From positions 10,294,001 through 10,358,000 of the forward strand of contig NC_045696.1 of assembly GCF_009834535.1 (NCBI RefSeq): a DNA stretch of 64,000 bases, read 5' to 3'. The translations under genes were made by a program, and so were the position numbers. Shown piece by piece: positions 49,840 through 63,630 of this stretch. Origin of the DNA: Camelus ferus (taxonomy: Eukaryota). The notes under the pieces were generated by a model. It was given only the letters and a program-made list of their open reading frames with translations. It did not search any database and was not told the origin of the DNA. How positions within the stretch are numbered: position 1 is the stretch's first letter; the number at the start of each line of letters is the position of its first letter.

Positions 49840-52800
49840 AAATGTTTGTGGCCAAAGTTTACATACTGTAAAATACACAGTTCTTAAGTATACACTTCAG
49901 TAACTTTTGATAAATGTATGTACCTGCATTATCACTATCACAACCAAGGTATGGAACATTTCCATCACCCCTAAATTTTCCTTGTAGTTAGTCCTCAACC
50001 CCTACAGGCAACCACTGCTCTGATTTCTGGAACTGTAGATTAGTTTTGCCTCTTAAGCTTCATTTAAATGGAATCATACAGGATATATTCTTTTGTGTCT
50101 GCCTTCTTTCATGTAAATCAGGTTTTTGAGATTTTCTTTTTTCTGCATGGTTATATGTATCAGTTCATTCTTTTCTGTTGCTGAATAGTATTCCATTGTG
50201 TGATTCACTCATAATTTGCTTATCCATTCTTCTGTTGATGAACATTTAGGTTGTTTCAGTTTGGAGCTAATATGAATAAAACTGCCGTAAACTTTCTTGT
50301 ACAAGTCTTTTTTGATGTGTGAATATGTGCTTTTACTTCCTTGGTAAATACTTAGGAATGGAATTGCTGGGTTCTAGGGAGGTTTATTTTTTAACTTTAG
50401 TAAAGAACTGCCACCAGAAATGTATGTGATTTCCACTTGTTCTACAACCAACAGTCTTTTTAATTTTAGCTATTCTAGTGGATATGTGATGATATTTCTT
50501 TAATTTGTGTTTCCCTGATGACTAATGATTTTGAATACCTTTTCATGTGCTTTTTTTTTTTTTCATTGTCTTTTTAAGTCTTTTGCCCATTTCAGGTCTT
50601 GTGCACACTTTTTATTGCTTATATTTTATCTTTTTATTACTCATCTTTTGGAGTTCCTTCTACTTGTAGGTACGAATCTTTTATCAGGTATTTGTTTTGC
50701 AGATGTTGTCTCCCAGTCTGTGTTTCTAGTGTTTGGACCTTCTGTGGTATATTTATTGTCCTTCTTTTCAGGTTAACAACTGGACTCATTACTTTAAATT
50801 TAGAAGTGTTTCACCTAAATCCGTATTTAAGCATATTATTTGAAAATGTAACTGATATACTACTTAGAAATAAGTTATCTTTGTGGACATCCTACACAGT
50901 GTTATAATTTTTGCTGTAAATAGTTGTCTTTTAAATAAAGAGAAGGAAATAAAACAGTCATCTGTATTTACCCACATATTGATCATTTCTGGTATTCTCC
51001 ATTCCTTCCAGTAGATCTGAGATTAATCTGGTGTCATTTCCCTTCAGCCTGAAGAATTTCCTTTAGCATTTTTTTAGTGCAAATCTGATGATGAATTATC
51101 TTAGTTTTGGTTTACCTGAAAATATTTTTACTTTATCCTAATTAAAAAAAGCTTTATTGCTGTAATGGAAAAGAATGTGTATATATATATGTGTGTGTGT
51201 AACTGAATCACTTTACTGTATACCTGAAACTGACATTATCAGTCAACTACATTTCAATAAAAAGTAAAAATTAAAAAAGGCAAAAAAGCTTTGAGATACA
51301 GTAAACGTATAACATTCACTGGTTTTAAGTGTACAGTTCAGTAATTTTTAGTATATTTGCAGAGTTGTGCAGTAATCACCAGAGTCTAATTTTAGAACCC
51401 TGTGCCTGTTAGCCCTCATTCCCTATTGCATCACTAGACAACCTCTTATTTACTTTATGTCTATAAATTTACCTCATTTGGACATTTCATATAAATGAAA
51501 TGTACAATATGTGGTCTTTTGTCTTTCACTTAGCATAATGTTTTTGAGGTTCATCTATGTTGTAGCATGTATCAGTCCTTTGTTCCTTTTTATTGCTGAA
51601 TTTGTATTCCATTGTATGGTAGCCCACATTTATTTATTCATTCGTCAATTGATATATGTTGGATTGCTATACTCCTTGGTTATTATGATTATTGCTGCTA
51701 TGAACATCTGTGTACAAGTTTTTGGGTAGACATATGTTTTCATTTCTCTTGGGTAGATTAGAGTAGAATTGCCATCACCCTCACTTTTGAAGAATATATT
51801 CACTGGTTATAGAATTTGGGATTGTTTTTAAAAGTACTTCAAAAATTGTCCTTCCACTGTCTTCTGGCCTCCATTGTTTCTGATGAGAAGTCATTTATCA
51901 TGCATTTTGTTCTACTACCCCTGTATGTAATGTGATTTTTTTCCCTCTAAAGTTGCTGCTTCTTGTTCTTGTTCTTCTTCTTTTTTTTTTTTTTTTTTAA
52001 TCTCTGGCTTTCAGCAGTTTGATTATGATGTTTTCCTTGTATCTATCCTCCTTGGAGTTTTGCTGAGCTTCCTGGATTTGCAGATTAATATTTTTCACCA
52101 AATTTGGTAAATTATCAGCCATTATTTCTTCAAATTGTTTTTCATTTTTCTGGGATCCAATTAAATATATATTAGACCAGTTACTAGTGTTCCTAAGTTT
52201 GTTGAGGCTTTATTCATTCTTCCCCCAGTTTAAAAAAAAAACCCTCTTCTCTCGATTGGATAATTTCTTTTGATCTTTCTTCAAGTTTCCTATCCTTTTC
52301 TTCTAGTGGCTCTAATCTCCTAGTAAACCCATCTAGTTAATTTTAAATTTCAAATATTATAATTTTGAGTTCTAAAATTTATGTTAAAAATTTGTTTCTT
52401 TTTCTCTATTGAGATTCTCTATGAGTTCAGTTACTTTGACCATGTTCCTTTAAAAATGTTTATACTGGCTACTTTAAAGTCCTTGTCTGCTAATTTCAAT
52501 ATCTGAGTCATTTTGGGGTCTGTTTCTATTGACTTTTTTTTTTCTCCTTGAGGGTCACATTTTTCTTTTTTCTGTGAATAGTAATTTTTTAACTATACAC
52601 AACCCTTGAACAACACAGGGTTAGGAATGCCAACCCTCTGTGCAGTCAAAAATTCATGTTTAACTTTACAGTTGATCCTCCATATCTGTTGTTCTGCATC
52701 CTCTGATTCAGCCAACTGTAGATCGTGTAGTACTGTAGAACGTACTTAGTGAAAAAAATCCGCATGTAAGTGGACCTGCATAGTTCAAACCTGTGTTGTT

Positions 52801-53470
52801 TGAGGGTCAACTGTAGTGGATATTGTGGATGATATGTTATAGACACTTTGGATTCAGTTATCTTCATCTGAAGAGTGTTACTTTTTGTTCTAACAGCTGT
52901 TAAAACACTGGCTGATCACCCTGAAATTGTGGAGATTTGGCTTTACACTTTGATAGAGTACATCTGGAAATCTTCAGGGTGTTTACTGATTTCTGCATTG
53001 GTGGGACTCAGATTCCAAAATGTCTTGCAGGGGGCATCACCTGAAATCTGGTTAGTTCTTTCAGCCTTCTAGCTATTTTTTTCCTGCAGAGGTCCTTGGA
53101 GTCTCCTCTATGCACGTGCTGTTAAGGGGTTATCTGTAAGGTATTTAAGAGAGTTTATATTAAAGTGTTTGGCGCTCCCTCCTGTGACTTACACCTCTCC
53201 AAGATTTCTCCTTCAATTTCCAGCTGCTCTTGTTAATCCTGAACTTCATCCTCTGATACCTCAAGCCAAAAAGACTGACTTTGCTCAAGTTCTAGCTATT
53301 CTGCACCACAGGGATTCACTTGGCTGGGAGTTGGAGGTTAAGGGATTCTTCTGGGGAAAAGCTGTATAAAAGTGGATCTTATTCATTGTGTTCTCTTTCA
53401 AGGGTCAAATCCCCTCCAGTTTCTGCTTGCTTTTCAGCACTCTTCTGTGCTTTCAAATAGTTTTCCTTCT
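49840..53470 (-). mobile_element. Composite of nested old L1M fragments, with a short + strand L1 tail (~51160-51280) and a Tigger MITE (52598-52813)
   Basis: Repeated L1 3'-antisense motifs (aatggaatcatacag, tttagggttgtttc-like, gctgctatgaacatctgtgtacaagt) and ORF1-antisense motifs (tgtcttctggcctccattgtttctgatgagaagtc). Confidence 0.7.
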
Positions 53471-53574
53471 GAAATTTAAGATGTTCCTGAATCATCACAT
53501 CTGAATATACTATTTGGAAAATTCCACAGCATGTTGTACTTTTATGGTTCTTTATGCATGTGATTTTTATCCTT

Positions 53575-54120
53575 CCAGTTATCTATTGCAGTAACTCCAA
53601 AATGTAGTAGTTTAAATAGCCATTTTATTATGCTTATGATTTCTGTAGGTCAGGAATTTGGGCAGTGCATAGTCAGCATGACAGGTTTCTATTCTGTATA
53701 TCTGGGACCTCATCGGGGAAGGCTTGAAGTGTGGGGTTAATGCTAATAGATGGATCAGCAGTCACCCAGAAGTGTTTACTCACACATCTGGCAGTTGATG
53801 GCTGGCTGTCGGCTGGGCCCCCACCTGAAACTGTGGGCCCAAACACCTATACATGGTCTCCTCATAGCACTGTGGCCTTGGATTTTTTACAAAGCAACTC
53901 AGGACACAAGTATTGTGTTCCAGAGAACCAGCTATAAGCTGCATTGTTTTTTATTATCTAGTCTCAGAAGTTGTCTGGCAAAAGTTATATAGCATCACTT
54001 TCTCTGCTTTATTGGTCAACCAGCCTTTTTTATTGGCCTAAATTCAAAGGGAGAGACATAGATCCACCTCTCAATGCGAGAAGTGTCAAAGAATTTGCAG
54101 ACATGTTTTACAACTACCAC
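53575..54120 (-). mobile_element. Old MaLR LTR (MLT1-type)
   Basis: agttatctattgc..tttattatgcttatgatttctgtaggtcaggaatttgggca..ggcagttgatggctggctgtcggctggg..tttacaactaccaca. Confidence 0.75.
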
Positions 54121-54373
54121 ACTCATTTAATAAACAGTAAGCTCCCTCTGTGTCCTAGCACAGTCTTACGTACATCTCTATAGACATTCATTGACGTATT
54201 GAATTTTTCTTCTTCAGTGTAGTAGAGTTAGACCTAAAGTAAATTTGTTTAAATCTTTATGAAAGGAGTAAGGTATTTTACTTCTTAAAAACATTTCCTT
54301 AGATTGATTATTTTTTGTCTTTTTACTTGTAGATTATAGTATTTAATGAAAAATCCATGCTTAAGGGGTGAAA

Positions 54374-54472
54374 ATGGCAGGCTTCCTAGATAATTTCCGT
54401 TGGCCAGAATGTGAATGTATTGATTGGAGTGAAAGAAGAAATGCGGTGGCTTCTGTGGTAGCAGGTATATTG
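54374..54472 (+). CDS. TMEM50B: TMEM50B first coding exon (exon begins 54333)
   Basis: Acceptor ttttacttgtAG ends 54332; [33 protein letters not shown] (33 codons); GTAAGT at 54473. Confidence 0.97.
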
Positions 54473-54523
54473 GTAAGTGAAAAAGCCAGGTTGGTGACAT
54501 TATGCCTCATCTTTTGCCCTGAA

Positions 54524-54606
54524 GAAAAATTTTATATATATATATATTTTTTTATTGAAGTATAGTCAGTTTACAGTGTTGTATCAATTTCAGGTGTACA
54601 GCATAA
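54524..54606 (-). mobile_element. Very short L1 3' tail insertion
   Basis: tttttattgaagtatagtcagtttacagtgttg..ggtgtacagcata; direct repeat TGCCCTGAA at 54515-54523 and 54607-54615. Confidence 0.75.
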
Positions 54607-55160
54607 TGCCCTGAAAATTAATCCTGATTCCTTTGAACTGTGAATACCTGTGATAATACAATTTTTGTAAGCAGTAGCATTTTTAAGTCAATTACATAAT
54701 ATGTATAATTCCTTTAAGGTTCTCAAAGACTCAGAATTTGATGTAACTAATGTTGTGACTCATCGAAGTCCGGGATGTGTAGACAGCAGTAACAATCTCA
54801 GGCCGCATTAGAACTGAAGCCCTGAGGTGCTCTAGGGAAGGGTTGCCATCTCCATTCCCTGGCTGCAGGACAGGCAGGAAGTGAGAGGAAGAAATTTGTT
54901 CACAAACTATTGCTTAATTTTCCTCCCAACATTTTTTTTTCTTCTTTTAACTTTTTATTATTGAAAATGTCAAACATATAAACAAAAATAGAGACAATAG
55001 TATAAAGAGTCCCTTCTTATCCCCTGCACTTATCATTGAGCTTCAAAAAAAAATCAGATCACGTCTAATCTTTTAGTGTTCCATCAGCCATTCCCTGCCC
55101 CTACTACATTTTTGAAGCAAATTTCAGTATCTGTTACACTTAATTTAAACTCATCTTTTT

Positions 55161-55884
55161 CATGCTCAAAACTACAATGAGGTATCACTTCACATAGGTC
55201 AGAATGGCCATCATCAAAAGATCTACAAATAATAAATGCTGGAGAGGGTGTGGAGAAAAGGGAACCCTCCTACACTGTTGGTGAGAATGTAAATTGGTAT
55301 AGCTATTTTCGAGAACAGTTTGGAGGTTCCTTAAAAACTAAAAATAGACTGACCATATGATCCAGCAGTCCCACTCCTGGGCATATATCCAAAAGAAACT
55401 CTAATTTCGAAAAGATACGTGCACCCCAGTGTTAATAGCAGCATTATTTACAATGGCCAGGACATGGAAGTAACCTTAATGTCCACTGACAGATGAATGA
55501 ATAAAGAAGATGTGGTACATATATACAAGGGAATACTACTCAGCCACAAAAAGAATAAAATAATGCTATTTGCAGCAACATGGATGGTCCTAGAAGATAT
55601 CATACTAAGTAAAGTAGGTCAGACAAAGAAAATATTATGTGATGTCACTTATATGTGGAATCTAAGTTGAACTTACTTACAAAACAGAAATAGACTCACA
55701 GACATAGAAAACAAACTTACGGTTACCAAAGGGGAAGGAAGTGGGGAATAAATCTGGGATTAGCAGATACAGACCACTATATATAAAACAGATAAATAAC
55801 AAGGTCCTACTGTGTAGCACAGGAACTATATTAAATATCTTCAGGTAAACTATAATTGAAGAGAATAAAAAATTAAAGATAGAT
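55161..55884 (+). mobile_element. 5'-truncated L1 (end of ORF2 plus 3' UTR)
   Basis: aaactacaatgaggtatcac..aataaatgctggagagggtgtggagaaaagggaaccctcctacactgttggt..; flanking repeat AAA(C/T)TCATCTTTT at 55147 and 55885. Confidence 0.92.
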
Positions 55885-56635
55885 AAATTCATCTTTTCAG
55901 TATATAGTTCTATACCTGAAGTCTAGTAGAAAAAATTGAATAAATAAAGCAGAGTAAGAACTAAAAATAATTATGAAGCAGTCTGCATGCAGAATTCTTT
56001 TATCTGTTTGTTAGTTTTTCTTGCTCTTTATGGTTGTCTCGTCTGCACTTAATTTGTCTGTGAAATTCTTAGTAACTTGTGTGCTTTAAGTCTATTCAGC
56101 CTAGTTTACCTAGAAACATTACATTTTACTAACTCATGTTTAGTCAGTTTTACAGTATTTAATCAATTAAATAATTAAATAAAACTATACCGAGCTTAGA
56201 TATTTTTTGGAGACATGGCATCTCATTTGTGGAAGCAAAAATGCTTGGGCACATTAAAAAGAAATATTCATATTCTTTTGAATATGAACGAGAGAATGAA
56301 ACACATGAGATAATCAAGGAGCTGGTTAGTTGGAGGTTAGTTAAGAGAGCTTTGGTTGCATGTAATTTTATGGTGGATGAAAGAAGGAGATAATTCGTTC
56401 CTAGATAGTAAAATTTTCATTTTGCATTGAGAGCAGAACTTCAGAATCTTACAGAGATTTCATTATATTCACCTCATATGCTATAGAGAATAAGTAAACA
56501 AGGGATTCTCATTTTTCGTATTTCAATATCTAAAAGTAGGCATATTTTATGTTTCAGTTACATGGTCCATAGAAAAAGGGTAATGTTAAGGAACAGGTAT
56601 CATGCTAAGCCAAAGTGTCAGTGGTACTTTAATGA

Positions 56636-56767
<132 letters not shown>

Positions 56768-57028
56768 TAAGTATGAAGGTAATTCTCAATGCAAGGTTAT
56801 TTTTCTATAAACATTTTTGCTTCAAAGTTTAATACTATCTGGAATAACTTTTTAACTTAATTAATAGATTCTTTTTTAACATAAATATATGTGTGTATAT
56901 ATTCCCACTTTATTAAGATTTTTAAATCAAGAATGAGTGTTGAATTTAGTCAGATAATCTTTTTATCATGTATAGAGATTATCTTGTGATGTTTGTCCTT
57001 ATATTTGTTTAACTGACTAATTACTATG

Positions 57029-57162
57029 GTTGTTTCTGTTTTGTTTTGGAGGAAGGTAATTAGGTATATTTATTTATTTTTTTGATGGAGGTTCTGGGGA
57101 TCGAACCCAGGACCTTGTGCATGCTAAGCATGCACTGTACCACTGAACTATACCCTCTCCCC
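57029..57162 (-). mobile_element. tRNA-derived SINE (Vic-1-like)
   Basis: ggggatcgaacccaggacc..ctataccctctcccc; TSD AATTACTATG at 57019-57028 and 57163-57172. Confidence 0.92.
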
Positions 57163-58198
57163 AATTACTATGTTTTATAGGTCCTAAGATTATTTTTATA
57201 TTTTATTATCTCTGAACATCAGGATGCTTTTTGTAGTCAGTGGTATCTCATCATTACAAAAGATAGTATTTTTTTCCTTCTTGTCAGTATAAAAAAATAA
57301 TGGTGCATCTTAAAAATTAATGGCATCTTAGCTGTAACAAAATATGTTATATTTCTAGATTTTTTAGTAGTGATTCATCCTGGAGCATTCTAACACACTT
57401 ACCTTTTACCATGGAGTATTATATTTTTTAAATGTGATACTTGACTGTGTTTGCCAATATTTGGGGAAGGGCAGGATTGGCTTTACATGAGATTGATACA
57501 TGGCTTTTCTCTTTTATTAAATCATTTTCAGGTTTATCTACTATTTCACTTCATAAAAATTTGGAAGCTTTTCATGGATATCTTTTAATAATTAAAAAAA
57601 TGTTAAATGTTAAGATTACATAATTTTCTTAAATGTTAGGGGTTTTAAAAAAGAAACTGTAGAAGACAGAACTACTTATATTCATTCAGGATGCTAAGAA
57701 AAGACAATTCCTTCTACAAAGCACCTTGTTATAACAAAAATGGAAAGAGAAGCTGAACAAAGTGGACCTGTTTCTTATATATAGACCAGTGTTCTCTGAA
57801 TTTGAGAAATGGATCAGAGAAAATCACTTGACTTTTAACACCAAGAGAAACTTTTAAACCCTGATTATAACAAGAACCTTAAAATGAGATACCTCACAGT
57901 GAGTCATTCATGTATAAATGTGAAACAGGCAAAGAAGTCAGAAAATTGACCCCTCTTTTATAATCACTGGAGACAAGTGATAGTAATCTCTTAAAATTAA
58001 GTGTGTTTTCTGGGTGTACTTTAGAAAAATAAAACTAACGTAACATTTCTACCCACTAGGATATTTAAGTTAAAAGATACGTTCAGTTATTCAGATACTG
58101 ACTTTGGTTAGGAAATGTTTCCCTTCTAAATGGTATGTAAATATCTGTGAATATTTTAGCAGCATGAAAGCTTATTAGATGATTTTGTATTGTTCTAG

Positions 58199-58266
58199 GA
58201 TAAATGCTGTGTCCAATGCTCAGGTGAGAGGTGACAGCTATGAAAGCGGCTGTTTAGGAAGAACAG
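58199..58266 (+). CDS. TMEM50B: TMEM50B third coding exon
   Basis: ttgttctAG acceptor; G+[22 protein letters not shown]+G; GTAAAT donor at 58267. Confidence 0.96.
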
Positions 58267-59640
58267 GTAAATGCACTTTTGAGTTGTTAATGTGTGCTGG
58301 CTAAAAAAGAGAGATTTATCAGCAGAAAAAGCAAAGCCCATAGTGAGTCTTTATTTAGGAATGGTAATGATTATATAGGATTTTTTAAAATTTACTTTTA
58401 AGAAAAATTTTTTGTGTTATTTAAATCATTAAGAAAATTAAAGTTACTGTCAGAAGTTTCTATTTTTTGTCGTGTTATATGCCCATAATATGTAGGTAAA
58501 ATGTTACCATTCAAATAGATGGATCTTGGGCTCCAGGTTATTCCTCCAGTGCTAATGATGGATTTATTTTTATCCCAAATGTTGACCAATAATATTAGTT
58601 ACAAGATGGCTGACCATGATTACTAACAACAAAGTATGCATGCATTAAGAGATCAAAACTAGGACTGCAGTGTTTTTCACATTCAGTTGTGATCACCTGA
58701 GTTAACACCAACAGACTACAACGAAAGTATTTAGAAGAAACACGCTGTTTGTCTGCATATACATTTTTTTTTTAATTTGAACTCTTTTGAATTGTCATTT
58801 AGTAGTATTTTCTCTTATTCAGGTTATAACACATTCTGTTAGAATTCCAGTAGTTTTGTTTTCTGTGGAATTTCCATGCCATACATGAAAAGCACAATGC
58901 TAGATGTCCTATCTCCAACCTTTGAGGACTAGGGAGGGTGATTTGTGTTATGGTCGGAAATTTGGACTAGGTGGGAGGGGAATTTTGAAGGATGATTAAG
59001 AATAATAGCAAGTACTTGTGGAGTACTTAGTGTGTGCCTGAGACTGGCTTGAATGCTTGACACGTATTAACTCAGTTAATTGTCACAGTAGTCCTATGAG
59101 GTAGGTGCTCTTGTCCTCAGTTTTAGATGAAGAACTAAGGCACAGAGAACTTAAATAACTTGTCCAAAGTCATAAAGCAAATAAGTGGTGGGGCCAGGAC
59201 CTGAGCACTGACAGTCTGGTTCCAGATCCCATGCTTTTAGCTACCGTTCTGTGATCGTCTCTAATCAGGAACCATTTCGTCTCTTTGTCTGTAGTACTGT
59301 GTGTGTGTGTGTGTGTGTGTATTTTTTTGGTCAGTCTAATTGAGGATAATTTGTATGAAATATAAAATAAAACTCACCAACTTAAAGTATACAGTTTAAC
59401 AGGTTTTGACAAATGTATACAGCAAGATAACTACTACTACAATCATGATACAGGATATTTCTGTTACTCCAGGAGGTTCCCTCTTACCCCTTGTAGTTAA
59501 TCCTGTTACCCCACCTCCTGGCCCCCACTGATCTGCTTTCTATCAGTGTAGTTTTGCCTTTTCTAGAATCTATAAATGGAATCATAGAGCAAGTATCATG
59601 AGACTTTAAACCAAATAAAGGAGCCAAAGAGCTTAGCTTT

Positions 59641-60018
59641 AAAAAAAAATTTTTTTTAATGTAAAAACGCTTAACATGAGATCTACTCTCAACACAATTT
59701 CAAGTGCATGATACACTATTGCTAACCATAGGCACAATACTGTACAGCAGACCTCTGGAACTTACTCATCTTGTAATAGCTGAAACTGTTTACCCGCTGA
59801 ACAGCAATTCCCCAGTTCCCACTCCGTGGCCACTGTTACACTCTCTGTTTCTGTGAGTTTGACTCTTAGATTCCTCACATAAAGGGAATGGGTCTTGAAA
59901 AAAGGAAATCCTGCCATATGTGACAACAGAAAAAAGGAAATCCTGCCATATGTGACAACACAGATGAACCTGGAGGACATTATGCTGGGTGAAATAAGCC
60001 AGTTACAGGGGGGACAGA
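59641..60018 (-). mobile_element. L1 (L1MA-like) 3' end with 5' inversion
   Basis: Minus-strand 3' UTR ~59650-59889 joined to a plus-strand upstream L1 segment 59897-60018; TSD TTAGCTTT at 59633-59640 and 60019-60026. Confidence 0.82.
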
Positions 60019-62037
60019 TTAGCTTTCTTTTGTTCCTGATGCTTTAATTGCTGATGCAGATCTTATAATTTCACTTCCATTGGGATCGTTGAAGAATTGG
60101 AGAGGATGCGGATAGTGACAAATGACAGACAAACCTAAGTTAAAAGTGCGTTTGTGTGTGTGTGCATGAGCGTGCGTGCATACACATGCATGCATGTCTT
60201 GTGCCCCAGTAATGTCAGAAATGGTTGAGAGTAAAAAATAAGAAAGCATGTATTGGCAAGTGAAAATGTACATAGAGCACATGATAATTTATTTGATCAT
60301 TTTTCTTTAAAGAATATTCCTCAGACATTGCTGTGGATTATGTTACTATTATCTTATTTTCTGTAGAAAATTTCACTGTAACTTAACGAAAGCTTTTTAG
60401 CTTAAAGGTAGAGCTTGTATTTGCCTTGGGTCTGTCTGGTTCCAAAGCCCATAGTTTTTACTCTTAGTAAGTGACTGTTATATTTTCTTCCATGATTATT
60501 CCCTACCCAATTAAAATTCACAATACAATTTATATTTATATGTAGTGCCTTAGGTGCAATTTCTGTCTAATGCTTCAAAATTTAAGGGCAGACTGTCTTC
60601 TAGGCTTGCTCAGATGTTGCCACACTAAGCTTCCATGCTACCTAAATGGTTTATTTGTAATTTAGCCCCATTTAATTCCCAGAGGAATTTGCAGGAAAGT
60701 ATTATCAAAGTAATAATACACTACAAATGGAACTGTTAAATAAGAAAGCTATAAAAAGGAACAGATACTAGGTAGAAAAAAGATCATGTACTTAGAATCT
60801 AGGATAAGATGGATCCTCTTAATTGTTCATTAACGTTGGCCATGAGCTTCCTTGCAGTCAAAGCAAAAAAGGGAAAATGTTATAGTTTATTTTTTGCTAA
60901 AGGAAAACATACTCATTTTTCAAGGGAAGTTTTTTTCTTATTTAATTCTATTAGAACGTTTTTGTGTGGTCATATATAAAGGACATGAAGGAAGATAATT
61001 ACAAGAATTTGTGATAGTTCCTTTCATTCACTTTAGATAAAAGCTGTGATTGAATTTGGAGGATGTCTTTCTCGAAGGAACTAAACATTACTGTGTATTT
61101 CTGGGGACCTGCTTAGTATTATAATAAAATTTAGATAATCTAGGGACCCATTTCTCTCAAATATCAGCTGTTCTTACTGTGTTGAGCTTTGAGCTTCCTG
61201 CATATCTGGTGCCTAAAATATATGAATTTTTGTTCACCTAGTAACAGAATATCTGCAGTTGCGGCAAACTTAGCTTTCTCTTATGGAAACTGGCTCAGAT
61301 TTTATTTTCAATTCAGGGAAGCTTTATTCCCCTTCCACAGGGCGACAGGCTGTCAATATACCTGTGATCAGGGTTTGGCACAAATGCTAACCTTCTTTCC
61401 TAAAAATGTGTTGAATCTACTCAAGTGTCTGGATGATCACTTTATTGAGATTCTATTGTGTAAATTCTAGAATTCTATACAGTAGAGGTTTGAAGAGATG
61501 CTTTTGTCCTTGATCTTTTCAAGGGCATGTGGTACAGATTGCCTGCCTCAGCCATAAGAGACTGAATACATGGCTGCTGTTAGCACCATATTGAGTAGTG
61601 GCATGATATTAACATTGATGAAAAAGGGGCATATGTTTCTTATTCATTTGCAGTCTTTCATTCCTGTGTGGTAATGGCTATCTGAAATATATTTGCTATT
61701 TCTAATAGAACAATTACCTTGATAATATATACAACAGGGTAATTTTTCAGTTAGGGTTTAATTAATCAGCTTAGTCAAATAATTACTTATGAAGCTTGCC
61801 TAGTTTAGTTTATTCAACTGTTAGCCAGCAGAATAGTAACTTACCTCTTTTCCATTTCCAAGTGTGGCTTAACACCTTTTAGTTAATTTCTTTTTTTTTT
61901 TTTATCTTAATTCAGTTAATTGTTATAGCAGGTATATGTAAATACATGACTGTTTTGATAGGCATAACATATGTTAGGTTAACCGTGTTCCGGTATTATG
62001 TATTGTTAAGACAAAGAGCTGCAGAATGCAGAAATGA

Positions 62038-62235
<198 letters not shown>

Positions 62236-62484
62236 TAACCCCACCTGGAGTAAAATTTAGTTTAATTATTCAGTTAGCATGGAGATAAAACTCTACGCAA
62301 AGGTTTATAAGTTGTTTAATAAAACTTGGTAGGGTCATTGAGTGCAGTGGGATAACCATGTTAGGAAATCCAGGCCACTGACAGAGACCAGGTAACTCAG
62401 CCATCTCTGGAGGTTCTGATTTCCTTCCTTCCGGCTCTATGCTAGAGACCTGTTTACTGACTGGTGGTAAAAGTGAGAAGCCTG

Positions 62485-62800
62485 TACAGATCCACAGCCC
62501 CTTCTACACTGTTCTAAAATCCATAAAGTGTTGAAGGTCGAGTTTTTCATAACCAGTTTGGCAGCAAAACCTGGCCTCAATTGACCCGGGGCTCTTTATG
62601 GTCTTTATTTCATATGATAAGTATTCACATATTTTCTTAGAGGAATGTGGTTGTATTTGATTATGGGATGCTCGTCCAAACTCAGTTGGGGGTGCTATGT
62701 GATATTATACCCTTTGTTACCATTCTTAAATCTGAAAAATTCTGAGTTCCAAAACATGCCTTGCCCCAAGGGTTTCAAGGCAAGGCGTTATGAACCCTAG
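62485..62800. mobile_element. Tigger-type DNA transposon relic (MER46C-like)
   Basis: aaatctgaaaaattctgagttccaaaaca..gccccaagggtttc..aagg terminal pattern. Confidence 0.5.
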
Positions 62801-63384
62801 TATCTTTTGTTCTATTAATACCTCTTCTTTCCAACCCCAGCGTGTAATTGTTCAGTGCTAGGTACAAGGGGGAGTTTTTTTAAGGGTAAGACTGAAGGTG
62901 TGTGTAGCCTTCATGCAGAAACTTGCTACAGTGGAGAGAGCTCTCTGTGCACCATTCTGAGCTTTGCAACTGTTCCAGTCACGACAGCTTTCCATCCAGG
63001 TTGGGGCTGAAAAGCAGAAGTGGAGGAATCAGAAGACGCTGTTGCACTGGCTCTCTCCCTTCACGCCACAGACGTGAATCAGTTTCAGATAACAGTTTAC
63101 TCGCCTTCTGATACCTCTGTCTCTGGAATCTTTGTCACTCTGCTTAACTGTCACATCTCTTTGTCCTGATTCACAGCTGGCCTTTTACTATCTTGATATG
63201 ATGAGTATAAGATCTTTGGAACACCTTTGTCTTTTGTACAAAATAAGTCAGTACAAGAGGACAGTCGTTGGCTAATGTTTAGTACCACTCATCATATATA
63301 TCTAAAATATATTATTTTAGTTAATTAAAAATACTAACGGAGCAGACAGTTCTAGTATGAAGCTCATTTGAAAGTGCTTTTTTA

Positions 63385-63630
63385 AAAACAGCTTTATTAA
63401 GATATAATATGCATGTCATGTAAATCACCCATTTAAAGTGTACAGTTCAATGCTTGGTATAGTCACAGAGTTGTGCTACCATCACCATAATCCAACTTTA
63501 GAACACTTTTATTACCCCAAAAAGAAACTTCTTACCCATTAGCTATCACTCCTCATTACCCTTTGCCAGCCCTAGGCAACAACTAATCTACTTTCTGTAG
63601 ATTTGCCTGTTTCTAAATGGAATCATATCG
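63385..63630 (-). mobile_element. Old L1 3' end fragment
   Basis: cagctttattaagatataat..cacccatttaaagtgtacagttcaatg..cagccctaggcaacaactaatctactttctgt. Confidence 0.8.
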
